Part shown: positions 9,518-19,189 of the stretch, one piece after another
Layout: every line of letters begins with the position of its first letter
How positions within the stretch are numbered: position 1 is the first letter of the stretch
DNA from: Oligoflexales bacterium
Lineage (GTDB): Bacteria; Bdellovibrionota_B; Oligoflexia; Oligoflexales; RGVZ01
Direction: 5' to 3'
Assembly: GCA_044236265.1 (NCBI GenBank)
Contig: JBIIGV010000013.1
Coordinates: 1-40,069 of the forward strand
DNA length: 40,069 nt
Made by a program: the position numbers and the translations under genes
The notes under the pieces: model-generated
What the model saw: only the letters and a program-made list of their open reading frames with translations
Database searches by the model: none
Told to the model about the DNA's origin: nothing

Positions 9518-11419
9518 ATGAGTCGCATCCATCTTCTTGATGACACCTTAATTAACAAAATCGCAGCCGGCGAAGTGGTCGAGCGGCCGGCGAGTGTGGT
9601 CAAAGAGCTTATCGAAAACAGTTTGGATGCCGGAGCCACTAAAATCTCTGTGGAACTCCAGGAGGGCGGTCGCAAACGAATCCTGATTTCGGACAACGGG
9701 TCGGGCATGTCGCGGGATGATGCGGCAAAAGCGTTACTTCGTCACGCGACATCTAAGATCAAAAACGCTGAAGATCTGTTTAATCTACATACCATGGGTT
9801 TTCGCGGTGAAGCACTAGCGTCTATCTCATCCGTTTGCCGGTTTACGCTGATGACGTGTGAGCAAGGCTCGACTGCTGGTGTGCGTTTGCAGTCAGACGG
9901 TGGTGCTAGTGTTGAAGAGGCTCCATGGCAAAGTTCCGGCGGGACCACGATCATCTGTGACGATCTTTTCTATAATGTTCCCGTTCGACAAAAATTTTTG
10001 AAAGCTGCGGCTGCCGAATACGGCGCGGTTCTTGAGCTTATGCAAGCACTCGCCCTGGCTCATCCGGCCGTGGATTTCACTTTGATTCACAACAGCAAAG
10101 AGGTTTTACGAGCACCTGCGATTACACCAGCGGACAAAAACGAAGCCACTCTGAGAAAAAGATTTTCTCAAGTGATGCGTGGTGACGCTGGGCTCGGAAT
10201 GGTTTACGTGCAAACTGAAGGTCCCTACGGTTCAATGTCGGGTTTGATTTCAGCACCCGGTGTTGAACGCGGATCAGCCAAGGATATGTTTCTCTTTATC
10301 AACGGTCGCTGGATTAAGGACAAATCCCTGCGCTTTGCAGTCCTCCGCGGTTATCACAGTCATTTGCTACGCGGTAAATATCCTGTCGTTGCCGTGTTTC
10401 TAACAGTTGATCCAGGACTCGTGGATGCGAATGTTCATCCAGCTAAAACTGAAGTTCGGTTGCAATACGCTCAGGAACTTCATTCAATGGTCGCAACCGC
10501 TGTTCGCGAGGGACTAAGGCGTGCAGACTGGGCGGCTCACGCCTCTGTTGAGATTGGTGTTGGTCCCTCGGTAAACAAAACATCAGACGATAGCGGTGAC
10601 GCGTCATCATGGATGGCACCTTCCTCGCGGTCCCAGCCTTGGACCAGCGGCGCCGGAGCGAGGACGTCTGCGCGGTCATCTTTCACTGCAAGTGATACGC
10701 AGTCCTCATCGTCACGTCCTGCTCAGTGGCGGGATGTCACGCCTAAGCATCGCGCGTTGTTTGACGATTTGGGCACAAATAACGCTCCAGCTCAGTCTGT
10801 GGATGTCAGTTCTGTGACGCAGTCCATTCCGTGGTCGGAATTACAATATCTCGGCAGCATCGCTGACTGTTATTTACTATTTAGTCACGGCGACCGTCAA
10901 AGCGGCGCAAGACTTCTTGGTATAGATCAGCACGCGTTCCACGAGCGCGTGTTGTATGAGCGCCTGGCCCGTAATACGGAGTTACTGCGGGCAAGCCAGG
11001 CATTATTGGTACCTGAGGGGTTGACCCTTTCCGTTAAGGAACTGCAGGTTCTGAAAGAGCTAAAATCCATGCTTGAAGAGCATGGTTTCAAGTTCGACAT
11101 CCTTGGTGATGACACGATTGAAGTCCGAGCTGTTCCAGCATTGCTTTCCAAGTGTGACCTGCAAACACTTATGGAAAGCTTGGCGAGCCATCAGGATTCG
11201 CAGATGCCAATTGAAGGCAATATAGGCTTAACTCATGACATGCTTTCCACCATGGCTTGTCACGGCGCTGTGCGAGCGGGGGAAAAGCTCGGTGAGAACG
11301 AACTTAAAATTTTATTGAATGAAGCTCGTGATGTTGACTTCTTTCATAATTGTCCCCACGGACGCCGCGTGTTCCGCTGGTGGGACGAGGCCCAGATTGC
11401 CCGTTGGTTTGACAGGTAG
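9518..11419 (+). CDS. mutL: DNA mismatch repair endonuclease MutL
   Basis: IAAGEVVERP, GFRGEAL, DANVHPAK, endonuclease motif DQHAFHERVLYE, ACH and CPHGR. Confidence 0.97.
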   Translation: MSRIHLLDDTLINKIAAGEVVERPASVVKELIENSLDAGATKISVELQEGGRKRILISDNGSGMSRDDAAKALLRHATSKIKNAEDLFNLHTMGFRGEALASISSVCRFTLMTCEQGSTAGVRLQSDGGASVEEAPWQSSGGTTIICDDLFYNVPVRQKFLKAAAAEYGAVLELMQALALAHPAVDFTLIHNSKEVLRAPAITPADKNEATLRKRFSQVMRGDAGLGMVYVQTEGPYGSMSGLISAPGVERGSAKDMFLFINGRWIKDKSLRFAVLRGYHSHLLRGKYPVVAVFLTVDPGLVDANVHPAKTEVRLQYAQELHSMVATAVREGLRRADWAAHASVEIGVGPSVNKTSDDSGDASSWMAPSSRSQPWTSGAGARTSARSSFTASDTQSSSSRPAQWRDVTPKHRALFDDLGTNNAPAQSVDVSSVTQSIPWSELQYLGSIADCYLLFSHGDRQSGARLLGIDQHAFHERVLYERLARNTELLRASQALLVPEGLTLSVKELQVLKELKSMLEEHGFKFDILGDDTIEVRAVPALLSKCDLQTLMESLASHQDSQMPIEGNIGLTHDMLSTMACHGAVRAGEKLGENELKILLNEARDVDFFHNCPHGRRVFRWWDEAQIARWFDR

Positions 11420-11440
11420 GAAGGGTAGGTAGACCAGTCC

Positions 11441-12376
11441 ATGAAGTGGCATTGTCAAATGCCTGCCGGTGAGCGTCCTGAGTTCCTTGTGGTCGGTGGA
11501 CCGACAGCGAGCGGCAAGTCAGCTGTTGGTCTTGAACTAGCAAAGGTCTTTTCTGGTAGCATCATTTGCTGCGATAGCGTTCAGCTCTACAAAGGTTTTG
11601 ATATTGGTTCGGCCAAACCATCACTTGAAGAGCGTGAGGTTTTTCCCCATCTTTTGTTTGACGAGTTTGATTGGAATGAGCCATGTGATGCGGCTATTTA
11701 CGCTGCAAAAGCGCGGCTAGCCATTCAAAAGGTTCGTTCTGAGGGGAGTTTGCCTATTGTTGTCGGTGGTACTGGTCTTTATTTGCGTGCGCTTCTCGGT
11801 GATGCCTGGGATGACGATATCCCAAGTGATCCGGAACTTCGCGCATCACTTGCAGAGCGTTCTAGCGATGATCTTTACGCGGATCTGAAGACTCGAGATC
11901 CTCGTCGCGCGACACAGCTGCACATGAATGACCGCTTTCGTGTGATCAGAGCTCTTGAAATCAATATCTTGACTGGTTCCCCCGTAAAGGACATTTCTTC
12001 ACCATCGTCTCAGCGTCCGAGAAAGCACTTGATGATTTTTATGAATCCTCCGCGAGATGAACTTTACGCCCGGATCAATTTCCGGACGACACAGATGCTA
12101 CGTGATGGTTTGATCGACGAGGTGCGAGAGTTAATCCACTCTGGTGTGGATCCCCTGTGCAAGCCCATGGGAAGTATTGGCTATAAAGAGGTAGTCGAAA
12201 TGCTTCAAAATAAATTGGCGCCAGAGGATCTTGAAGCGGCGATCGCCACCGCTACGCGGCAATATGCAAAACGGCAGGTGACGTGGTTTAAGAAGGTGCC
12301 CAGTGATGCAGAACTTTCGCGTGTGGAAGATCTTCGCGACGTGATTGATGCAATCAAACATGCCGACTTTATTTAG
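11441..12376 (+). CDS. miaA: tRNA (adenosine(37)-N6)-dimethylallyltransferase
   Basis: GPTASGKS, DSVQLYKGFDIGSAKP, VGGTGLY, YAKRQVTW. Follows mutL, a conserved synteny. Confidence 0.96.
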   Translation: MKWHCQMPAGERPEFLVVGGPTASGKSAVGLELAKVFSGSIICCDSVQLYKGFDIGSAKPSLEEREVFPHLLFDEFDWNEPCDAAIYAAKARLAIQKVRSEGSLPIVVGGTGLYLRALLGDAWDDDIPSDPELRASLAERSSDDLYADLKTRDPRRATQLHMNDRFRVIRALEINILTGSPVKDISSPSSQRPRKHLMIFMNPPRDELYARINFRTTQMLRDGLIDEVRELIHSGVDPLCKPMGSIGYKEVVEMLQNKLAPEDLEAAIATATRQYAKRQVTWFKKVPSDAELSRVEDLRDVIDAIKHADFI

Positions 12377-12474
12377 AGTTTCGACGTCGTGCTTACCTAA
12401 TGCTCTGATTTAGCAGGCGTATCCACCAAATCCCGCAACCTGCGATACTTTCCCGGGTTTTTGCAGATTTTTGC

Positions 12475-12502
12475 TAAAGTTTAAAGCTTGATTTGCCGAA
12501 GA
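12475..12502 (+). promoter_or_regulatory. sigma28/FliA-like promoter
   Basis: TAAAGTTT-N12-GCCGAAGA (TAAA-N16-GCCGA), close to the consensus TAAAGTTT-N11-GCCGATAA. Confidence 0.6.
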
Positions 12503-12534
12503 ACCTCTTAGAAATGAAGGGTGGTCTTTGGCCT

Positions 12535-13479
12535 ATGAAAAAATCGATCAAACAAGATTGCGAGCAGCGGCATCCGACTCTGCTCGCTGGGTTTCTGTGG
12601 TTATTCTTGCTCTCCTGTTCACCGATCAACACAACTGCAAGTTCACCTGGCGCTGATCAGAAGGGGCTGCCTTCTGATGATGCTAATGCGAAAAAATTCA
12701 TGCCTGGAACGCCAGCGGTTGAATCAACGTTGGCCCTTCCTGAGTGGTGCAACATGGATCGATCCAACGGAGAGGTTCGATTTAAATGTTCTCGAATCGA
12801 TAGCGGTGTCAATCTGATCTACGAGGGTCGATTTACGGCAGCTAAGTCTTTTAACCCGTCCAATGATTGCTGGTTTGTGGATGAGGTGACAAAAAAAATA
12901 AACTGCCGCGGCACTCTGACTGGAGAGACATTTATAATGGATGTTTCAACAGCGAGGGAAAAAGTGACAGAATCCCTACCTGCCGTGCTGATCGCGATCA
13001 ATTTTGCGGTGTCCAGTAAATACGAGGCCAACAGTGACGCCGTAAGATTTACAAGTGACGTCACCTCGTTTTTTGGCAGTCGGATACAACAACTGATGCG
13101 TCGCGAAGGGCTAGCGGGTATTGCGGGAGATCTTGGCATGCTGGTCAACAAATACATTCCCTCTGGTTTGACGGCAGTGCAGGCGGCAGCATTTCAGCTT
13201 GTCGCTTACCAGGCATTCGATATCATGGTGACAGAATTATCAGGCAAGAAAGACTACGATCTGGCTGGAGTCGTCTTGCGTGGGCTGGAACTGAGTCGAG
13301 CCTTGCCCCCCGAGATTCTCGGTGAGCAGCGAAACAGTTTGACAGGGACGCATGTGGCCAAACTTCTATCGAGCAACGATGCGGTTGCTCTCGAGCGGTT
13401 TTTTAAGATCATATCGCCCGGGGTTTCAGGGGTCAGCTCACAGGAACGATTTCTGGCTGGTTTGCGAGAGGCTCCATAA
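12535..13479 (+). CDS. Hypothetical lipoprotein
   Basis: Likely start ATG 12535 (MKKSIKQ). Lipobox-like FLLSC, Cys-paired beta-rich N-terminal part, helical C-terminal part. Confidence 0.6.
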   Translation: MKKSIKQDCEQRHPTLLAGFLWLFLLSCSPINTTASSPGADQKGLPSDDANAKKFMPGTPAVESTLALPEWCNMDRSNGEVRFKCSRIDSGVNLIYEGRFTAAKSFNPSNDCWFVDEVTKKINCRGTLTGETFIMDVSTAREKVTESLPAVLIAINFAVSSKYEANSDAVRFTSDVTSFFGSRIQQLMRREGLAGIAGDLGMLVNKYIPSGLTAVQAAAFQLVAYQAFDIMVTELSGKKDYDLAGVVLRGLELSRALPPEILGEQRNSLTGTHVAKLLSSNDAVALERFFKIISPGVSGVSSQERFLAGLREAP

Positions 13480-13584
13480 CTTGCTGTAAATACGAATAAA
13501 TTTGCCACAGCATTAAGGTGATGAACTTTATTGCATTACATCTTATACTGCCCGACCCTAAGTTTGATAAACGGGAGTATAGTT

Positions 13585-14313
13585 GTGACCAAACCATCAG
13601 TACAAATGACAAGGCCCATTGAAGAATCCATGGTCGCGGCGATGTTCGACCGCATCTCTGGTCGCTATGACTTCCTAAATCGCTTGCTGAGTGCTCGTCA
13701 GGACGTCCGCTGGAGAAACATTCTAATATCCATGGTGCCGACCAAGAAAAACGGTCGCTTTCTCGATATGGCAACGGGTACTGGGGATGTTCTTTTGGCG
13801 GCTGCAAAAGCGCACCCAGAGTACGCTGAATTCATCGGCGGAGACATCTCCAAAGGAATGTTGAGCTTTGCGGAGAGAAAATCAGGTGAGGCAGGCTTAA
13901 CGAGTCGTATTCAATGGGCTGTTATGTCGGCTGAAACGATCCCAGAAAAAACCGAATCAATCGACTGTGCATCCATCTCCTTTGGATTAAGAAATGTCGT
14001 CAATAAAGAAAAAGCTCTTAGTGAGTTTGCGAGGGTTCTGAAGCCGAAGGGTGTATTCCTGATATTGGAATTTTTCACGCCGACATCGGGTCTGATGTCA
14101 AAGGTGTTTCAGTTTTACTTCCACAATATCCTGCCAAGAATTGGCAGTTTATTTAGCGAAAAAGAGGCCTATACCTATCTTCCTAAAAGCGTGGCGAGTT
14201 TCTACAGTCCAAGCGAATTGCGCGACAGCCTGCGCAGTAAAGGTTTTGTCGTGGAAAAGGAAGTTAACTTCCTGTTTGGCGCGTGCCGCTTGGTAAAAAG
14301 CCGGAAGGTTTAA
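13585..14313 (+). CDS. ubiE: Ubiquinone/menaquinone biosynthesis C-methyltransferase UbiE/MenG
   Basis: MFDRISGRYDFLNRLLS, LDMATGTGD, ISFGLRNV, RVLKPKG, AYTYLPKS. GTG start after GGGAG. Confidence 0.93.
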   Translation: MTKPSVQMTRPIEESMVAAMFDRISGRYDFLNRLLSARQDVRWRNILISMVPTKKNGRFLDMATGTGDVLLAAAKAHPEYAEFIGGDISKGMLSFAERKSGEAGLTSRIQWAVMSAETIPEKTESIDCASISFGLRNVVNKEKALSEFARVLKPKGVFLILEFFTPTSGLMSKVFQFYFHNILPRIGSLFSEKEAYTYLPKSVASFYSPSELRDSLRSKGFVVEKEVNFLFGACRLVKSRKV

Positions 14314-14336
14314 CCGAAAATCAATCTTAAAAGTAA

Positions 14337-14371
14337 AAATCCCCCTCCGTCCCTGGAGGGGGATTTATTTT
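14337..14371. terminator. Bidirectional rho-independent terminator
   Basis: AAATCCCCCTCC-gtccct-GGAGGGGGATTT perfect 12-bp stem flanked by A/T tracts, between convergent genes. Confidence 0.85.
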
Positions 14372-14403
14372 CAGCCATAATAACGATTGCAGCTAAAACT
14401 CGA

Positions 14404-15579
14404 TTATAGATCTCTATACCTGAGCTTATCCCATGCCGCGTCGCGGCAGCTTCCATCTTGATCGCAGCAGTACACAATACACGCATTCACCATCTCTGAA
14501 TCTTGAGCGGTCGTTGCAACTCTCTGACAGTAGTTACGGTCAGATTCAACCGGATAGATGGAATCCATGTTCGCCTGCATGTAGTTCATCCCGCGCCCAT
14601 TATTGCCACAATAGAGCGCACACATATACGATCGTGTGTTGTAGAATTCGCCAGGCCCGTTGTTATAAAGGTGGATTCCGTACTTCGCCATGCAAGCACG
14701 AACGCCAGAATAGTCGTCTTGAACGGGGATTGCTGAATTGACAAAGTTATCACGTTGACTATCCAGCCTGTCTCGGCCCTCATAGTAGCTTTGGATATCT
14801 TGGGCTAAGCATGCAGAGTTCGCGTAAAGTACGTAGCCGCCATAAGCTAGGTCGACACCGCAATTTGTCAATGTCAGTGCGATTTCCAATGAAGACGCTA
14901 TGCTCTCGATGCCCTTTGAAAGTTGGACCAAGCTCTTTGATCTCTCGCCTGCTAACCATTGCGAGCATTCGGCTAATGTTCCCATTCTTTCGATGATTGC
15001 TTTAACGCTTGATAGACCCAAACCGCCCAGCGATTGGATACCTTGGATGCTGAGTTGACTTTGTCCCTGTAAATTTGATGCGACACCAGCAAGTGATACC
15101 AAATCCTTGACAGCCTTATAATTGCCGTCAAGACAACGGTACATCGCTTTACGTTTGATCTGTTTACCAAACTCAGTCTGACCGACAACTCCCTGGGTTG
15201 AAGTCACAATGGCTGACGTGTCACTTGCAAGATTTTGCAAGTCAATTGGCATGACTCCGCCACTACCCACAAACTCATTGATCTCGTTAAATAGATCGTA
15301 AGCAGCTGTAGAAGCATCGTAGACGTCCTTAACACCTCTAACGACATTGGCAACGTCCGTGACAATTCCCCCGCCGGCTAGTTTCCCTGCAGACTTGAGC
15401 GAGTTATATGCGCATTGGAAAGCTTTTTGACTCGCTGCATCCGACGCTGCGCCACTGCTCTGGAGATCGCAACTAAAGCCTTCAGACTTAACGGCAGAAG
15501 CTACTGGGGTCGAGCTCTTACAGGAAACGATCCCAAGGGATGCTATGAATAAAGTGGTCGCAGGCATGCTCCATTTCAT
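14404..15579 (-). CDS. Hypothetical Cys-rich lipoprotein
   Basis: RBS AAGGAG, lipobox-like GIVSC, helical core and Cys-rich C-terminal domain. Confidence 0.7.
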   Translation of the reverse strand: MKWSMPATTLFIASLGIVSCKSSTPVASAVKSEGFSCDLQSSGAASDAASQKAFQCAYNSLKSAGKLAGGGIVTDVANVVRGVKDVYDASTAAYDLFNEINEFVGSGGVMPIDLQNLASDTSAIVTSTQGVVGQTEFGKQIKRKAMYRCLDGNYKAVKDLVSLAGVASNLQGQSQLSIQGIQSLGGLGLSSVKAIIERMGTLAECSQWLAGERSKSLVQLSKGIESIASSLEIALTLTNCGVDLAYGGYVLYANSACLAQDIQSYYEGRDRLDSQRDNFVNSAIPVQDDYSGVRACMAKYGIHLYNNGPGEFYNTRSYMCALYCGNNGRGMNYMQANMDSIYPVESDRNYCQRVATTAQDSEMVNACIVYCCDQDGSCRDAAWDKLRYRDL

Positions 15580-15612
15580 ATCGATGTCTCCTTTAAATAG
15601 GTCCGTGGGGAG

Positions 15613-15640
15613 GTATCGACACTTTTGGGGCAGAGTTTGA
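15613..15640 (-). promoter_or_regulatory. sigma28/FliA-like promoter
   Basis: Minus strand TCAA-N16-GTCGATAC about 35 bp upstream of ATG 15579. Confidence 0.5.
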
Positions 15641-15872
15641 TATTATTTTTTAAATTAATGAATTTATTGAATTTTTTGAGCTCATTTACCCCAATTTCCG
15701 ATGGCGCCCCCCACAAAACATGCCTCTGTAACTCGCGATTCTAGTTACGTCCATAAATCCTCGGTGCCGTCGGGGTGGTAAAAACTCCCTGTAATATTCG
15801 TTAAATAGAAGATAAAAATGTTTAATATGACGTGGTAAAAACTTACTATTATAAAATTATTATTAAAATATA

Positions 15873-15902
15873 TTGACTTTTAATAAGTCACTAAGTTATA
15901 AG
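15873..15902 (+). promoter_or_regulatory. sigma70-like promoter overlapped by a palindromic operator
   Basis: TTGACT-N18-TATAAG with AT-rich UP-like DNA upstream. TGACTT-N5-AAGTCA at 15874-15890. Confidence 0.55.
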
Positions 15903-15951
15903 GCGCCGGTTGATGAAAATTTACTCAATACTCGCAAAAAGGAGATCAGCA

Positions 15952-17298
15952 ATGATCAACAGAGCTAAGAGTTTGTACTGCGCGGCATTGGTCGCAGGTT
16001 TGCTTGTCGGTTGCGGCAAAGCCAAGAAAGAAACCGTATACGTGGCCCAGCCTCCAACAAACGGGCAGCCAAACAACACTCAGAATCTCCCAAGTGACCC
16101 AGCATCCCAGACTGATTTGCTTGCGGTCGAGATCACCAACTTTTCCCAGGTGAGTGGCCAGAGCGTTCAGAATGGCGCGCAAATTCAATTTGCTTTGAAG
16201 AGTTCCGCAAGTCAGGTGTCTGGCATCCAGTACAAGTGCTCTCTTGAGCAAACCGGATCACTTGGCACGAATACAGCACAAGCGTGTACCTCTCCTTACA
16301 CCGTAAGACCTCAAACGGATGGTCAGTACACGTTTACCGTGTATGCAGTCCACAATTCGTCTGGTGCTGTTGGTAACGCATCACAAGTGACATTCGCTGT
16401 TGGCGTAGCTTATCCAGGCAACGGTGGTGGCGGTTATCCAGGTAACGGTGGTGTTGGCACGAACACTCAAGGCAATCAAAGCTACCAAGTGGGCGATCTT
16501 CTGATGGTGAACGTACCTTATGGTATGCACATGGTTTATCATTCACAGTTTCTCGGTTCCGGGTTCCCAAGATTCCGGATTATCGACGGTTCGATGAATG
16601 ACTCCGCTGCTCCATATCCAATTTACTGCCGCGCGCAGCAAACTGGTGAGCGCCTGATTCAAGATCGTACGCTGACAGGCATGCCGGTGAACTACTGTGA
16701 AATGTCCCAGTTCATCAATCCAAACGCTCCTGGTAGCCCTATGGAAAACCAGTTCCGCTGGATGAATATGAATACCATGGCTTACAATAGCTTTGCGATG
16801 TCGTCGGATGCGACTCTCGGACGTGGAAGCCTTGCTCGCCTCGACAACGAGTCTTTAGCCGGCATGTACGTGAACGTATTTACAAACATGACAGGTCGTC
16901 CTTTGACGCAAGCTCAGGCGCCGTTTACAAACGAGTTTAGCCAAACTGTCAGTCGATTGCAGATGAACTGTGGTTCTGAGCCGATTCGCTACATCGGAAC
17001 TGCACCAATCTGGCAAGGTTACTTCAATGGAACGATTGCGGTAAATCCAATGTTCGGCTGTACCCACGCGCGTGATGGTAAGTGGTTCGTAAGTATCGGT
17101 TCCTTCCCAATGGATCGCTACATCCCGACGTCTCCAACATGTGACTGGAACTGCTGGTCTAGACAGAACTTCACGAACGTTCGCGCGGCTGAAATCGTCG
17201 TAGAGTACGGTCCTTATGAAGTGCAGCAAGATCCAGTGCCATACGCTCGCAAAGCTCAGGACACAATGCTTAGCAACCTGAGAAAGCTGTCGCGTTAA
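15952..17298 (+). CDS. Hypothetical lipoprotein with Ig-like domain
   Basis: RBS AAGGAG, lipobox LLVGC, Ig-like segment YKCSLE..CTSPYTV..DGQYTFTVYAV, YPGNGG x2 Gly-rich linker. Confidence 0.7.
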   Translation: MINRAKSLYCAALVAGLLVGCGKAKKETVYVAQPPTNGQPNNTQNLPSDPASQTDLLAVEITNFSQVSGQSVQNGAQIQFALKSSASQVSGIQYKCSLEQTGSLGTNTAQACTSPYTVRPQTDGQYTFTVYAVHNSSGAVGNASQVTFAVGVAYPGNGGGGYPGNGGVGTNTQGNQSYQVGDLLMVNVPYGMHMVYHSQFLGSGFPRFRIIDGSMNDSAAPYPIYCRAQQTGERLIQDRTLTGMPVNYCEMSQFINPNAPGSPMENQFRWMNMNTMAYNSFAMSSDATLGRGSLARLDNESLAGMYVNVFTNMTGRPLTQAQAPFTNEFSQTVSRLQMNCGSEPIRYIGTAPIWQGYFNGTIAVNPMFGCTHARDGKWFVSIGSFPMDRYIPTSPTCDWNCWSRQNFTNVRAAEIVVEYGPYEVQQDPVPYARKAQDTMLSNLRKLSR

Positions 17299-17347
17299 AT
17301 TGTCTCAAACGTGTATGACACCGAATCATACACGTTCTCACTCAACG

Positions 17348-17379
17348 ACCCCCGGGCACACAAGTGCTTGGGGGTTTTT
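17348..17379 (+). terminator. Rho-independent terminator
   Basis: ACCCCCGGGCAC-acaa-GTGCTTGGGGGT (12 bp, two G:U) followed by a T-tract. Confidence 0.8.
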
Positions 17380-19189
17380 ATTTGTTATCTTTAGTTGATT
17401 GCGCCTGAATGCTAGTAGCGCCTAGAGACACTAATTCGAAGTAACGCCCGCGTTTTGCCTCTAATTGAGCTGGCGAGCCTGCCTCGACCACGCGCCCCTG
17501 TTCGAGAACCAAAACTTTATCGCAGCGCTTGATGGTTTCCAAGCGGTGAGCAATGACAATAACGGTCCGGCCCTTGAGTAGCTTCTGAGTGGCATTTTGA
17601 ATCAAAGCTTCGGAATGAGGGTCGATACTGCTGGTTGCCTCATCTAGAATTAGAATCGGTGGTTTGCCGAGTAGGGCGCGAGCAAATACGATGAGTTGAC
17701 GCTGTCCATGGCTTAAGTTGGCGCCGTGTTCGCGAAGGTTAAAGTTATAAGTTCCAGGAAGCTGCTCAATAAAGGTATCGGCACCGACGAGACGGCAGGC
17801 CTCACGTACCTCGCTGTCTGATATGTTCTCGCGACCAAGACAGATATTAAATCTGATAGATCCCTCAAACAGCACAATATCTTGGGGTACAATTCCCAGA
17901 TGAGAGCGAACACTTGTGGGGCTTAGTTCTGCAATAGAGTCGTTATTAACATATATATCTCCTGAAAAACCTGCATAAAGTTTGGCGATCAGCTTAACGA
18001 TGGTCGACTTGCCGCTACCCGTTGAACCAATGATTGCTAGCGAGGAGCCTGAGGGTGCCTCGAACGTTACGTTGTGCAGGACATTGGCGCTGGCTTTGCC
18101 GTAAGTGAACGATACGTTTTCAAAGCGGATGCTTGCGGCATCTGGCCAATGAGCTGTTTTGGTTCCGGGAACGAAATCGCTACGGTCCAGGAGTCCAAAG
18201 ATCCTTTGGATCGATGTGAATGCGCCCTGGAGCATAGCCATTTTGGTTCCGAGCATCTTTAAAGGCTCAAACAGTTGCTGAACATATTGAACAAAGGCAA
18301 CCATCACCCCTGCTGTTAGAGTTTCTTCAAGAGCCGATCCTGATGTAAGGCCTGTGGTCTTGATGGCGACGAACAACACAATTCCAAGTGTAATGGAGGA
18401 GATCCCGTCAATGGTAGAAAACATCAGAGCATCGTAGTAAACGTTTTCCAACTGGGCGTCGCGAAACTTTTTATTCAATCTTGAAAAGCGAGATGACACT
18501 CCAGGCTCTGCATTGAGTAACTTAACCGCATTAACGCTGGTCAATGCCTCTTGGGCAAAACCATTAAGTTCGGCCAGGTTTTTGCGAGACTCCAACATGG
18601 ATTCGTTCAATTTTTTTGAAAACCATATGACGATCCATGTGATGATCGGGAGAATGATTAGGGCGACAACGGCAAGTTGTGGGGATAAGACGAACATACC
18701 GACGACGCAGCCAGCCAATACCATCAAATCAATGATGCTTGAAAGTACGCCTTGATTCAGCGATTCGCTCAAGGTGTCAAAATCACTCGTAGCACGGGTT
18801 GCCAAAGCGCCGCTGATTTGATGGTCATGCCATGATGGGGCTAGGTCCAGGACGTGTTTGACGAGTGCTGTTCTGAGATCTCGAATCATCTTGTGAACAG
18901 CTGTTGAGGTTGTAAGCGACTGTATACCAGCAAAAATGTAGCTTGTTAGGGATAGTCCAAGACATGCGGATGCCCACATCAAAGTGACTGCAAAATCTCC
19001 CTTTAGAATACCGTGATCGATGGCCCGTTGAACCGTTAGTGGTTGGACCATGGAAATGATGGCGACACAGGGCATCATGGAAGCGCCGATAAAGACCAGT
19101 TTTTTATTCGGCCTAAGCCAAGGCCATAGCTTTACCAACGAACCAAAAGAGAAGGCGCTGTGCATCTGTTTGTCCGCAGCTGTCTTCAT
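17378..19189 (-). CDS. ABC exporter, fused permease/ATPase (MdlB/TM288-like subunit)
   Basis: N-terminal TM domain, GSTGSGKST, signature LSHGQ, LILDEAT, IAHR. Confidence 0.9.
   Translation of the reverse strand: MKTAADKQMHSAFSFGSLVKLWPWLRPNKKLVFIGASMMPCVAIISMVQPLTVQRAIDHGILKGDFAVTLMWASACLGLSLTSYIFAGIQSLTTSTAVHKMIRDLRTALVKHVLDLAPSWHDHQISGALATRATSDFDTLSESLNQGVLSSIIDLMVLAGCVVGMFVLSPQLAVVALIILPIITWIVIWFSKKLNESMLESRKNLAELNGFAQEALTSVNAVKLLNAEPGVSSRFSRLNKKFRDAQLENVYYDALMFSTIDGISSITLGIVLFVAIKTTGLTSGSALEETLTAGVMVAFVQYVQQLFEPLKMLGTKMAMLQGAFTSIQRIFGLLDRSDFVPGTKTAHWPDAASIRFENVSFTYGKASANVLHNVTFEAPSGSSLAIIGSTGSGKSTIVKLIAKLYAGFSGDIYVNNDSIAELSPTSVRSHLGIVPQDIVLFEGSIRFNICLGRENISDSEVREACRLVGADTFIEQLPGTYNFNLREHGANLSHGQRQLIVFARALLGKPPILILDEATSSIDPHSEALIQNATQKLLKGRTVIVIAHRLETIKRCDKVLVLEQGRVVEAGSPAQLEAKRGRYFELVSLGATSIQAQSTKDNK

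Noticed and set aside
16408..16453. Tandem TATCCAGGYAACGGTGGT repeat
   Set aside because: Two copies encoding a YPGNGG linker inside a CDS; not CRISPR or mobile.
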